Shown piece after piece: positions 43,628 to 57,742 of a stretch of DNA of 64,000 bases. The position numbers and the translations under genes were made by a program. The notes under the pieces were generated by a model that saw only the letters and a program-made list of their open reading frames with translations, did no database searches and was not told the DNA's origin. How positions within the stretch are numbered: position 1 is the stretch's first letter; each line of letters begins with the position of its first letter. The stretch lies in NCBI RefSeq assembly GCF_009914755.1, contig NC_060929.1; one strand, 5' to 3'. This stretch comes from the human T2T-CHM13v2.0 reference genome, Homo sapiens.

Positions 43628-46600
43628 TCAGTTTGTGGCTGCTGAACTCATTCTACTTTTTCTGCATCCTATTATTGAGCTCAGAAACAGTGAACAAATT
43701 GCTCTCCTTCTCCATACTCATTTGTGATGAGAGGCTCACACTTTAGCTTCCTTGCAAACTGGTCTCCACATCATCCCCACCATTCCCAATACCAGGGGCT
43801 GTAGTGATAGGAACAACCTGAGCTGAATCCAGGGAGACCTGCACCACCACTGGGAAGTCCTCCCAGCCTGTATCGGAATGGGAAAGCCCGTGGTTATGAC
43901 AACCATGTGAGATGCCTCTTCTGCCCCTTCCCAAGTGCAGTCTCAGCAAGAAGCTGCCTTTCGAAAGGGCTTTCAGGAAGTTAGGTAGGAGTCTAGTTTG
44001 GCTGGTAATCTACTGTGGGCCCAGTGCAATTATTCTAACTTTCCTCCCTCTAGGAGTTGAGACCATACCAAAGTGGTATGATCATATGATATCTTGACCT
44101 TGTTTAGAATGGCCAAGACCCAGGATTTTATTTATGCCCATACAGTTAAGGAGTCTTCCCTCTGCCTAAGTGGTAGGAATGGTGATTGACAAATGATGTT
44201 TCATCCATGACACTCCCTGGCCTCCGTGGGTGCTACCACTTCTCTCCCTCTGTTTCTAATATCTTTGTCCACCCAGAGCTGACATAGGGTCTCCAGACAG
44301 GCCAGACTGTCTGGCCCTCGAGTCATTGCCACTGTAGCCCTGCAGCTCCTCAGGATGGAGACCACCCTTATTGTCTTAGTTCCTCAGTGCCAGCTGGAGT
44401 TCTTGACTTTGAGTTTGTGCCCAATGAGCATTTACCAAATTAAAGAAAATTGCTTCTAAAATCAAATAATCTAGTTTTCCCTCCTTACCCCAACCCCATT
44501 TTGCAGAACAAGTGAAAACAGTGGCTGGCACTTTTCCCATATACTTTCTCTGTCCCTTCCATGCCAGTTTCCACTGGCCGTGTGCATAGATAACATATGG
44601 GATGCAAAGAGAGCAAATGAAAATTAATGAGAAAACTTGGGAAGAGACAATCGGGCTTAATTTGACCACTGTTTTTATAATTCATTATGTTTCACAGCCT
44701 GAAAATGTAACTATATTTAAGCCTTACTAACAGCTTTAAATAACTGGTCATATTCCTGCCAATATCATTCTTAGTCCAGCTGTCCCTACTTCATAGTGAG
44801 GAGCCCACGACCTGAAGAAACTCCACCATCTAAACAAGCTGAAGACCCTCTGCTCCCAGATGCCATTCTAGCCTTCATTTTCTACGTAAACTCACACACA
44901 CACATACCCCACAAATATTTTAAAACATCCCTGTAAAATGTTTTTGTGTGGACACCTGTGTTGAGAAATACGACCAGCTTTTCTAATACAATCGATGGCT
45001 TTTGGAGGTTTTAGAAAGCTTGCAGGTTAAGAAGATTCAGTTCCTCTTCTTAGTGGCAGTGGGGTACTGGCAGGATCGCTGTTTAAAGTGGCCAAATCCC
45101 TAAAACATATGGTTGCCCTGAATGATCTCTACATTTCCCTCTAGGAATCTAGGATTCACAGAAACATTGAAGTCAACTCATGTATTTTTGCTCGGTAAGG
45201 CATATAGAGTTTGTAAGTTGCAAACCCAAACATGGATGTGCAAGAAATAAACCTTTCCTCTTTGTCCTATAATTAGCCTTAACAGCTACCTCCAGCCTCT
45301 AGTCTGCCGTTCATTCTGGGTCATCTTAGGTGATTCCGGATCATCTCAATCAATTTAGGGTCTCTTCGGCTAAGTCAGGGGCTTCCTTGCTCCCCTGGCC
45401 CCTACCATGTCTATTTCTTGGAGCTAATGTAGAGCCATGGCATCATGGAGAGCAGGCCATCTGTTTGTGGGCTGTGCTGTGTCCTGGCTGATGTTCGCTG
45501 AGAGTCCAGCACTCTAAATCATCCTGGGTCATGCACCTTTGCCATATCAGTGATGTCTGCACTGACCCCTGACTCCCACCCTCACCAGGCCCGACCCCCA
45601 TTAGCTGCTCCTGCTTCCATCTCATGGGAATGAATAGGAAAATTTCTAATTGCAGATTCTGACTGTTTATCTCTGGTCTTTGTGTAGACGTGACATGTCA
45701 CCATTTCTCCTCAACTGAACCTGGCGGCTAGCAGCCACACAAAACTGCCATCTCCGTGGCCCTATATAGAATGCAAGGGATGGATCTTGTCCATGCTCAG
45801 GTATTCCCAATAATCACCCAGGATTTCCACGCCTGTGGTCTGCTCTGTCCTCTGGCTCTAGCTCTGGGGGATGGGGAGGGATGGGGTGCACCTCTCACAG
45901 ATCACAAACATCTTTGTCTCTGATGCACTTCTTCTATACTCTTCCTTGTCTGACATATTTATCTTGATGCCTATTTCAGGCATAAAATGACAAGAAAAAG
46001 CGGATTTGGCCTGATCACGTGTTCTTCCAAATCATTTTCATCTGCCACCAGGACTTTTGGCTTTTGAAAACCTAAATATTTGACTCTTTTGTTTCATAGT
46101 TCCATTGTGTCAGTCTTCTCTTGAGATTCTTGCAGCCCGCTGCCTGAATAAATGAAGGCTTTAGAAAAAAAAAAATCTGTGACTATATCAAAATATGGTC
46201 CCACTGTGGTTTCATCTGGGAGGGGGACAGTGGAGGGAGCAACAAGAGCCTGTATGTGATGGCTCCCATTGTCTCGCTAGCATTTCCCGGTTCCTAAGTG
46301 CCAGTGAAATCTGCAGAAAAAAAGCCATGTTTGCCAGAGGGTGTTGTGCCATTCAAACCTGGCACGGTCATGCTGGAGCTGAGACCATGGGAGGAGGGAA
46401 GAAGAGAGAATGAGTTTTCCGCCTTCCACACCTGAGGCTGTATTGCCACACCATCTGGAGCCAGAAGGGGAGAATGGGGCAGAATAAATATAAGGTGTAA
46501 ACGCACGGAGCGTAAACGCATGAAATTGGCAATGACTAATTCATCATCTCACAAATCTGTCTTTACAAAGAGAAATAAAAATCAAGTCAGTTTGAGCTAT

Positions 46601-46939
46601 ATGGAGGGAGTGCAGCTCTTCCAAGAAGAGCTAATAAAAGGAGGGAGGGGAACTAGGGACTGTTTGGAAAATATGCAAATTTATGAAATTGGAAGATTCA
46701 GATGACACTTCAGGGTGATTAGTATGCTGATTGGTGTGCTTTGGGGAGCACTAAGGATGCATCATATTGTTTTCTTGAAAAAAAATAATGAAGCAGAATA
46801 AAAGAGCCCTGTGCTTCCTAACTACAGGCCTGAGTCTGCAATGTCAGCTGTGCCTTTGTGAATGGTGAGAGGAGCCCTGTGTGAATGCTGTCTACACCAC
46901 TGAGCTGTCTTAGACGCAAGACTGACTTAAGATATTGTA

Positions 46940-47350
46940 CTCACTTATTCATGCAATAAAGGTTTGATGACACCTACTCTATGTCGAGCACCATGCTGGA
47001 TGCTTAGGACACAAAGAAGAACCAGGCATGTTCCTCGACCTGGAAAAATTCAGGGTCCATGAGGGGAGAGAATGTATGGTGCCTCCCACAGAATAAGCAC
47101 TACAACATGAGGATTTTAGCCTAGTGATGCTGTAACACAGCAGAATCAGTTGATGGTGATGAGGGGAAGGAATTGGAGAAGCTTCATAAAGAAGGATGAC
47201 ATTTGAGCTGAATTTGAAGGATGCATAGAATTTTTCCAGATGACAAAGTAGGCAAAGGATATTTGAGGCAGAAATAACAGCATAAGCAAAGGCATGAAGG
47301 CATGAAAGTACTTAATACACTTTCTGGGAATGTTAAGATGACTGGTGAAT
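46940..47350 (-). mobile_element. L2 3' fragment
   Basis: cacctactctatgtcgagcaccatgctggatgct...gacatttgagctgaatttgaaggatg. Confidence 0.7.
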
Positions 47351-48091
47351 AGTTCTTCCTGAGTCTGCCACCTGAGAGTAATTGCCAGATTGACTGGCTG
47401 GGTAGGATGCTTGGGCTGTTCAAATCTCAACAGCAGTGTCCACCATGGCATCGGAGTGTGAGATCCATCAACAGTCTGATAAAATTTTCCATCTTTCTGG
47501 GCATTTGGGTTCCCGGGACACTCTGGATTTCTATCTTCCCACATCTCCTAAAATTCCAGAAACCAACCAGAAGAGAAAACAAAACATCATTAGTCTTCAA
47601 ATACAACTGCAGCTTGGCTAAGAGGAGGAGGAGATTGCAAACTCCAATTTACACATGAGTCAAGAAACAGATATTTGAATGATAAGAGCTGGAGCCTAAT
47701 TCAGACCAGTGCAAGGAGGACCACGGGGGTCGTGAATATAAAGAACACAGAATATAAAGAACATGTCACCAAGGTTTACCCAGAAGGAAAGAGATCCTCC
47801 CTCAGTAAGAATCACTGAGATCAAGCTTGAAATGTGGTGGGTGAGCAAAAGGGAGAGGCATGGAAATCACACAAGACTAGAGGGACAGACTTAGGAACAC
47901 ACTAGCATGGGGGAAGAGAGAGGAGAGTGCCTCGAGGATGCTGGAGTTCCTAGATGCCAGAATCCTAATAAAGGAAGGAAAGTGGAGGGCAGAAGAGCCC
48001 TCTGAGTCTAAGGCGGATGGGCTTACTGGAAGCTTTCTCACGATGTGGGACTTTCAATATGAACACTGAGAAAGTCCTAGGCAAAATGAGA

Positions 48092-48402
48092 CTCTGTGTC
48101 TTTTGTGTCTAGTTTCTTTCACTTCGAATGGTATTTTTCAAGTTCATACATGTTGTACCATAGATCAATACTTCATTCCTTTTTATGGTGAATAATATTC
48201 CATTGTAAGGATATACTACATTTTGTTTATTCATTTGTCAGTTGATGGATATTTGGGTTGATTTCACTTTTGACTTTTGAATAATGCTGCTAGGAACATT
48301 TGCGTACAAGTTTCTGTGGGGACATATGTTTTCAATTTTCTTGGGCATATATCTAGGAATAGAATTCCTGGGTATGGTAACTATTTAATTTTTGGAGGAA
48401 CT
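48092..48402 (-). mobile_element. L1MB-like internal fragment
   Basis: acttcattcctttttatggtgaataatattccattg...gttgatggatatttgggttg. Confidence 0.8.
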
Positions 48403-48502
48403 CCTCTCATTTTGCCTAGGACTTTCTCAATGTTCATATTGAAGGTCTCACATCTTGGGAAAGCCCTTAATCCCAGACAACTCAAGAAGTTTGGTCACTC
48501 TA
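48403..48502 (-). mobile_element. MER81-like hAT-Blackjack MITE with one TIR missing; inverted partial copy at 48032-48091
   Basis: TIR ttggtcactcta; internal tttgcctaggactttc. Confidence 0.65.
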
Positions 48503-48649
48503 TTTCTGTACAAAAGAGAATGAAAAGTTTAGAAGAAGCTAGTTCTCAACACAGGGGTGCCATATATTAAAGAAACCACCCTTTCACTATGAAACAGGAG
48601 AGGGAACCTTGGAATTGAGAAACTGGAAAAGCCACTTAAACTCCTCTTT

Positions 48650-50220
48650 CTCTACCACTCTTGCCATAGAAACCAATGTTAACCAGTTCAGGAAAATCCA
48701 ACACACTCAAATATCAAAATAAATAAATACATAAAACTTCAAAATTTTATAAGAAAAATGACAGAAAATAAGAATAAAAGATTTTACATAGGCAAAGAAA
48801 AAAACACCAGAAAAATCTCATGAAGAAGCAGAGGAAAGCTGCAGCATAATATTCTAGCCTAAGTTTAAAATAAATCTGTAAGCAATTGCAGCCACGTAAG
48901 GACACCACAGAACAGAACTACAACAGACCCACTAAAAGATGTCAAATGGAAATGGGCAATTTTTTAAACAAATGAAACAGAAGGACAAAATTATTTCAGA
49001 GTCAAAGACTAAATTACCATAAGGAGAATAAATATGACAAAAAATTCTGAAGGGACTTAGAATATAGAAATGAGAGACGCTGAGGAGTTAAAAAAGAAAT
49101 ACAGATAAAAGATTGTAGAGAAAGTTACAGATGTAGAAGACATACGAAGAAGACTCAACATATAAATAATTGGAATTCCAGAAGAAAAGTAAAACACTGA
49201 AGCATAAATAATATTTAAAAATTTAATCCAGAGAGGCTAAACCCAAAACATATCCTAGTAGAGGAGGAAGAAGAAGAGGAGGAGGAAGAGGAGGAGAAAG
49301 ATGGGGGAGGAGGAGGGGGAGGAAGAGAGAGAAAAACCAAAGCATCTTTCAAAATTAAGAAAATCAGGTTGGCATTAGTCCTCTCAAGAGCAGCCTTTAT
49401 GGCAAGAAAGCCAAGGAGTAACAGTCATAAGATCTGTAAGATAAATGAGGAGAGAAAGAGTGAGTAGAGAACTGTGAATGCAACCAAGCTGTTCTTTAAG
49501 TATCAAGGCTAAAGAAAAATAGTTTTGAATATGCACAAACTCAAGGACAATTGTACCCTTGGACTCTTCCTAAAGAATCTACAAGATAGCGAAGTAGTCA
49601 ATCAATGTTGCCAAATGGCAAATGAGAAACACTGAATATATTGACCTGAAGAGTTAAGATGAAAAGAGCAAAGTGGAGGAAGGGAGAGGAATGCATGTAT
49701 ATGGTAAATACGTTCATATAATAGAAAAAAACCTGACTTTAAAAATGAGAGAAAGGTTAAGATGGAGGGAGAATGAAATAAGCTAATTGTGTGCCTTAAA
49801 GCTGATGGATGAGAATCAAAGATTGTCATGTAAAGTGGACAAACCAAATAACTGAAGGTTAAGTCTAGTTAAGAATAGAAAAAAATCAACATTTTTCTAT
49901 TGGGTGGTGAAGAAGTGAGGGAGGAAAGAAGGAAAGATTGCAATCTAATATTGTCCATCAAAGTAGAGAGCCAGCAGACATTGTCTAAAGGAAAATGACT
50001 CTAGGCATTATGTAAAGATAATAATGTAAAGGTAATCACTAAAACACAGACACAAACCTTCTTAAATAACAAATGAAATACAGAAGTAAATAAAAAAGAA
50101 CAGAGATCATACATAGGAAACTTTTAATATTTATCTTATAAATAAATAATATAATTAGAACTGAGATCAAACATATTAATTGTATTAATAAATGTAAATG
50201 GGCTTCACTTGCATGCTAAT
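48650..50220 (+). mobile_element. HAL1 / old L1 ORF1-region remnant
   Basis: A-rich; aacatataaataattggaattccagaagaa, aaaatcaggttggcatta, aataaatgtaaatgggct. Confidence 0.6.
49260..49334. repeat. GA-rich purine tract
   Basis: gaggaggaagaagaagaggagg...; purines except one T. Confidence 0.9.
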
Positions 50221-50674
50221 AGTTTCCAGTTTTTTAAAAAGATTATCTTTAAGACTATTGGAACAGGTATTGTTAACCCCTTGAATTTAATAATATTCCA
50301 GGAATTTTTAAAACATGTTGATTGAAAGTGTGCTAGAATTCTAGAGTAAAGGCATAAAGTGATATGGAACTGCCTGATGTAACTATTAGAACCACAATCC
50401 TGTTTTAACCCAGTTCATGAAATCAGAAACACCAAATAAAGTGAGGCTGGGGTCCATTTTTCACTTCCCCCACTCATTGGAAGCCCAATTCACCTGTCAG
50501 CTTGTGCCAACCACAAGACAGGCCCCAAGAGACCACACAACCAGCAATGCCACCTTCAATGTCAGCATTGCCTACACTTCATGGTCCCTGTTCATCAGAT
50601 TTGTCCCTCTGGCACCATTCAATCACGTGCTTTGAAGACCATAAACTATAAAGACTTGAAGTAATCTCAACTCT

Positions 50675-51070
50675 TTCTTTTGAATACAAATATCAAAAAC
50701 ATAAAACAAACTTAAGCCAAAAAAGAAAACATATTGGCTCAATTAACTGAAAAGTCCAGGGGTAACTCTGACTTTAGCTATGACTATTTTCTTTCACAAT
50801 CCATTTCCAGGCAGGCTCGCTCACCCATGCCCAAGTGAGGATGGCCACTAACAGCTCCAAATTTAGCATGGGAAGAGAGCCCCTCTGCCAGATTGCACTG
50901 GCCCGAATGAGTCACATGACCTCCTCTGAAATAACTATCATGACTCTGATTGAACAGGCAGTGTCATGTGTCCAACCCTATAGTGAAAGAGGTGAGATCA
51001 GCCACACTTGAGCCGAATGATCCAAGAGTGAAGGAATGGTGATTCTCATAAGAAAAACCAGCGGACAGAA
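50675..51070 (-). mobile_element. Old MLT1 (J/K-like) LTR
   Basis: cttaagccaaaaaagaaaacatattggctcaattaactgaaaagtccagggg. Confidence 0.55.
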
Positions 51071-51994
51071 CAAATGGCCACTCCAGGGCTGGACTTGTAC
51101 TATATGGTCTAAAGAACTATGGGGCATCAAACTAAAGTTTAAATTCGGGCCCAGTTGCTTAAAGGCATGTGACTTCCAGCAAACCTCTTAACATCTCTGA
51201 GGTTGAGTTTTTCCTTTTGTGAAAGATAGCTAATAATATATTTTTCATTGCTATTATAATTGGGTCTGTTCTTTACCTCCATACACCAAATATATGTTTT
51301 CATTCCCTCCACACTGGCCTGTCTCTCAGTCCCATTGTAACTTCTACCTAGGAAATGACAGTAGTTTAGCCGGGTAGTACCACATACTCCCTGACCCCGT
51401 TGGTCTACGGGACAAGCTCATCTACATTGGCATCACTCCTCCAAGTCATCTGGACTTATTTTCATTCTCTACGTGGCAGGGTGAAAGTGTGGATTCACCA
51501 TAGTTCAGCAAGGTGACAGCATATTTAGCAACATAATGGAACACCTCTTCGTAAGCCCACACTAATGGGGAAATCCCATGTTGCCAAAAATAAGAGTTAA
51601 TTAAAAATCCATCATGTTCAGTCAAGCTGATATCCCTTCGGAGACAATCACCAAAGGTGTTAATTACTTAAACTTCGAAGAGCCAGGTTTTAATCATTTG
51701 TGCAACAATAGTAACTCCAAACGTGAAAGTTGGCATTCTGGCCTCCCAAATAAGCTTGCAAAGCAGCCATACTTGTAGTCAGGGTCTTATATGGGTAAGA
51801 CTGTCACAGACTACGGTATACACCTGCTGTTGAATCTGGAAATATACAATTGCCCATCATTGCCTAAGACAGGGATTTGCCTTCAGAATGTTTGCATAAA
51901 GACCACCAGAGACATGCACACGTGTTTTCAACTTTTTTCTTTGTTGAAATATGGGTCATTTCATATGCAGAATTAGTCAAACTGAATCATAGGA

Positions 51995-52203
51995 CTGTTA
52001 GAGTTTGAATTATGTGTCCTCTCCAAATTCATACATTGAAGTCTTAACCCTCAGCACCTCAGAATGTAATGTGATTTGGAGATAGGATCTTTACAGAGAT
52101 AAGTTAAAGTGACATTATTTTTTGGGGTGGGTCCTATTTCAAAGTCACTAGTGTCTTTATAAAAAGACAAAATTGGGGACACACACACAGGGAGAATGAT
52201 ATG
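51995..52203 (+). mobile_element. MLT1B-like LTR, 5' half only
   Basis: ccaaattcatacattgaagtcttaaccctcagcacctcagaatgt...tttggagatagg. Confidence 0.8.
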
Positions 52204-53441
52204 TTTTAGTTTTTTGAGGACCCTCTGTGCTATTTTCCATAATGGCTGTACCAATTTACATTTCTACCAACAATGTACAATGATTTCCTTTTCTCCATAC
52301 CCTCACCAACACTTATATTTTCTCTTTTTGATAATAGCCATTGTAACAGGTATGAGATGATATCTTATTGTGGTTTTGATTTGTTTTTCCCTGATGATTA
52401 GTGAAACTGAACATAACTATGTATGATATACATATATATATATGTTGAACAACAAATATACATATATAATTTTTCTGTAGAGATGGAGTCTCCCTATGTT
52501 GCTGGTCTCAAACTCCTTGGCTCAAGCAATCTTCTCACCTAGGCCCCCCAAAGTGCTGAGATGACAGGTGTGAGCATTTTTTTTCATGTCTTTTGTTGGC
52601 CGTATGTATGTTTTCTTTGGAAAAATGTCTATTCAGGTCATTTGCCCAGTTTTAATTGGGTTATTTTCTTACTATTTTGTTGAGATCCTTATATGTTTTG
52701 GATATTAGCCCCTTATCAATTATATGTTTTACAAATATTTTCTTCCATTCTATAGGTCTTTTCATTTTGCTGATTGTTTCCTTTGCTGTGCAGAATCTTT
52801 TTAATTTGACTTAACCCCATTTGTCTAGTTTTCTTCAGTTGTCTGTGTTTTGGGGGCCATATCTTTAAAAATCATTGCCAGGATAAATGGCAAAAAGCTT
52901 TTTCCCTATGTTTTCTTTTAGTAGTTTTACAGTTTTAAGTCTTAGGTTTAGGTCTTTAATCCATTTTGAGTTGTTTTTTGTATATGGTGTGAGATAAGGG
53001 TCCAATTTAATTTTTCTGCAAGTAGATATCCAGTTTTCCTAATATAATTTATTAAATAAACTCTCATTTCCCCATGTGTATTTTTCATGACCTTGTCAAA
53101 AATTAGTTAATTCTATATGTTTGGGTTTATTTCTGGGTTCTCTAGACTGTTCCATTGGTCTATGTGTCTTTTTATGCCAGTACCATGCTGTTTTGATTTC
53201 TATACCTTTGCAATATAATTTGAAATCAGGAAGTATGATGCTTCTAACTTTGTTCTTCTTTCTCAAGATTGCTTTGGGTATTCCAGGGCTTTTTAAGACC
53301 ATATGAATTTTAGGATTGTTTTTTCTATTACTGTGAAAAATGTCATTAGGATTTTGATACAAATCATATTGAATTTGTAGATTGCTTTGGGTAGGGTGAA
53401 TATTTCAATAATAGCAACAATATTAATTATTTTGATCCATA
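52204..53441 (-). mobile_element. L1MA-like ORF2 fragment
   Basis: ORF 53096-53362 contains [22 protein letters not shown]. Confidence 0.88.
52468..52575 (-). mobile_element. Alu monomer (FLAM or AluJ left arm) nested in L1
   Basis: gtagagatggagtctccctatgttgc...aagtgctgagatgacaggtgtgagc. Confidence 0.8.
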
Positions 53442-54756
53442 ACCTAGCAGTTTTATTTGTGTGGGGCCCTCCCTCCTCTCTCCCTCTTATTCTCCCAGGG
53501 AATGCTCATGGACAGGCTGTCCCATTTCACCAATTCCCAAGGAAGCACAACAACTCTCAGGAATCTCTAAGAGATAGAAACAAGGAGAGTCAGTAGTCTG
53601 CATGCCCCACCCATTTTAAGAATGACGAGGTCGTGCAAATCAATAACCAAATGGAGAAAATGCCAAAAGTTTTGTCTCCATCTTCCTTTCCATGCCCTTA
53701 ACAAGCAATTTTCTGAGATGAATTCATGCTGTCAACTGGGAACTGAATCTCCTTTCCAGTAGTCTATCAGTCTGACAGCTTTTGTTATCTGTCAGTCACC
53801 CTCCTCATGAAGGAGGCTGAATGGAGAAGAATGAAAGAAACTACCTTTGCTGGGAGACAAAACAGGGATATCATATGAAAGTCCCAACAAGGAGACCCAC
53901 TGAAATGAACTTTCAAAAAAGAGGTACAAAGAAATCTACATTTATACCAAAACAAAAAAGAAAGAATAAAAAAAGGAAGAACAAAACAAGGAGTGACTGC
54001 TGATTCCAGAATGAAGCTTCACATGCTGGTTTGGAGAATGTGCTTATCTGGAATCAGTGATACAGCCTAGGGCAGAATGGGTGGCTCCTCAAGGAAAATT
54101 ATGGTTAGACATAGAAAGAACCACATAGATACCTTTAGAGCATGATTTGTCTTATGAGTTTATCCATGACCTTTCTGGGAGTTCAGTGGAGCTAGCTTTC
54201 TTGGAACAATTCATCTGAATAAAGCTCCAGAGGTTTTGTATGATAGCAATCTCACAGACATCATTACCGGGTCCATTTTACCAAGATCCAGCCAAGGCTT
54301 TTTATTAGTCACCTTTTCCCTCATTTCTATGGCAACTGTGGGGATGGGAGGTTTGTTTCTATGTGGGCCGTGCTGTTTTTATCTGGCACCACTTTAGAGC
54401 CATTTAGCTTGGGCTGAATTTGGGTGGCAACTAAATTCAGGGAGTGAGGAGGAAATTCAGGACCAGTAAAATCACAGCAAGGGGGAAAAAACCCATTAAG
54501 TTTCGGTCTCTTGATGCCTTTCAATTTAAAGGGAAGAAGAGCCTTTCTTCACCCTGTGTCCTAAATATTTTGAGACTCAGAGACAGACAGCTGAGAACCA
54601 CAGAAAGTAAAATATTAATATTTGGAAAATGTGTTTAATCTTGGAAGTAAAGCAGCCACTCTTGGGGGATAGCTGGGAAAGTGGTCTTGGAGTCAGATAT
54701 AACAAAATAGCATCTGTTTTGAGCGTTTATATGCCATGCATTGTGCTAAGGAATTA

Positions 54757-55306
54757 TGTATTAGTTAGCCATCACTGCATGACAAATGACTCCAAAACAG
54801 TCACTTGAAACAATTTATCGTCTCAGCTTCTAGGGGTCAGGAACCTGGGCATGGCTTAGCTGAGCCCTCTGTTTCAGGGTTGTTCACAGGCTGCACTGAC
54901 GGTGTTGTCCAGGGTTGTCACATCTCAAGGTTCACTTGGGGAGGGATCTGCTTCCAAGCTCACTCATGTGCTTGTTGACAGGATTCCATTTCACTTAGGC
55001 TGTTGGACTGAGGGCCTCAGTTTCTCACTAGCTGTTGACTGGAGGCCACCCTCAGTTCCTTGACATGTGGGCCTCTTCCTACATGACACCTGCTTCATCA
55101 GGCCAAGCATAAGGGACGAGAGAGAGAGACAACATTATGGTCTTCTATAACCTTATCTTGGGAATGATAGTCCAACACTTTTGTTATGTTCATTTCATTA
55201 GAAGCAAGTCATTAGGTCCAGCCTGCACTCAGTGGGGGAAGATTACACAATGGGGTGATACCAGGAGATGGGGATCAGGTGAACCACGCCAGAAATGCCT
55301 CCCACA
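54757..55306 (-). mobile_element. MLT1F-like solo LTR
   Basis: tgtattagttagcc...ggatctgcttccaagctcactcatgtg...tgcctcccaca. Confidence 0.78.
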
Positions 55307-55824
55307 CCTTAGCATACATTACAAAGGCTCAGCTCTCCACAGCACCTCCTAGTACCCATTCCCCCATGGTCTATATCCATTCCCCCTCCCCAGACAAATC
55401 TAGGTGCAAAACTATGCTTCTTTGTGGGCCATGAAAACAAGTCCCTTCATGCCAAAGCATCAGTAAGAATGAAGAAGGAACATTTATTCCCCACTTGTAT
55501 TGTTTCCCTGGGGGAGACTTTCTCTGAGCATTCGTGGCCCCTCTCCACACCCCTTACTTCCTCTTCTGGGTAGGAAGTTGGGGAGATGATGCTGAATCAT
55601 ATCTTTTTTTCTTTTCTCTCCTTTACATTTGCCTGTCTATGGGAAGATAGTATCCTGGTCGGCTTGCTTGGCCATCTTAGCGGAGCTCTGCCCTTCAGAG
55701 GGGGACACTGAAATTCAATTCGGGGGACTTTTAAAAAGCTTTTTGTCACATCTAAGTCACATCTAGCATAGCTTTCATCAGTGATAAAGTTGCACTTTAA
55801 TCTTCACCTTGCTGATTCCTAGTT

Positions 55825-56300
55825 GTGTTCTAAAATAGAATGTATTAGTAAAAAAAATTGAGGTATATTGAAGTCAGCAGATCAGGAAATAAATACCATT
55901 GAAAAGATATTTTATTATTCACAGTTCCCAAAAGGAGCAAGCATGCTGTGCCACAGGGGCCTGCAAGGGGAAGGACCAGGCTTGCTCACAGGGCAGAGGG
56001 AGAGGGGCCCTGTGGCAGGAGCCTTTACTGTGGTCACTGTGGGATGGAATGGGGGAGGCAGGGCAAGCAGGTTTGGCCCGTTTGAGTAATTTCCATGGGC
56101 TCTGGGGCACTGGGGCAATCTTAGTTGTCTGATACCTGCCCTGGGTGATTAGGGCAGATGCACAGTGGACAGAATATGAGTGCCTGATAAAGAAGGTGGT
56201 TGGGGCTGTGAACTCCAGATTGATTGGTTTGTATTTTGAAAAGTGGGTCCTCGGGAGCAGGGCTCCTCCCTAGGGGAGGGGTGGGGGTGGCAGGCAACGA
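55825..56300 (-). mobile_element. MER74-like ERVL LTR
   Basis: ttattattcacagttcccaa; gagcctttactgtgg; gtgattagggcag. Confidence 0.6.
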
Positions 56301-56459
56301 GGGAGTCTGGAGGCCAAGGTGAGGTGACTCAGGTATATTTTTGGGTTGTCCGGAACAAGGCATCCCTGGCATAGATGTGTAGGGAAAACGTGAAAATCCT
56401 CAAGTGCACAGAAGCTGGAAATGCAGTTAACATAGCTTCCTCTCGGTAAGTGCAGGAAT

Positions 56460-56857
56460 CATGTGAGGCAGCCAGTGGAGAGGGATGTGATCTGATGTAG
56501 GCTTTAAAGGGGCCCCTTTCTCCACTCTGTTGGGAATGGGCTGCAGGTGGTAGAGTCAAGTCAGGGAGACCTGAGGAGAGGCTCTGGCAGACATGGGGTA
56601 AGAGGGTGGAGACTGTTCAGACTGGTAAGAAGTGAGAAGGTTCTGGTGAGACGCTGATGGTGGAGCCAGCAGGATTCACTGACCAATTGGAGGCAGGACG
56701 TGAGAAAGAGGAGGAGCTGAGTCTTTGTGACTTGCACATCCAGAAGGCTGATCTTGCCCTCTGGTAAGACTGGCGAGGCTGCAGGTGGAGCAGATTTGCA
56801 GGGGGAAGAGCTGGGGTCAGATATGAACTTGTCAATTGTGAGGGGCCTGGGAGACAT
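56460..56857 (-). mobile_element. L2 fragment
   Basis: ggtggagccagcaggattcactga...ggtggagcagatttg. Confidence 0.6.

Positions 56858-57742
<885 letters not shown>

Noticed and set aside
47734-47763. Short tandem duplication gaatataaagaaca x2 (similar small one near 55746-55766)
   Set aside because: Common slippage events with no further structure
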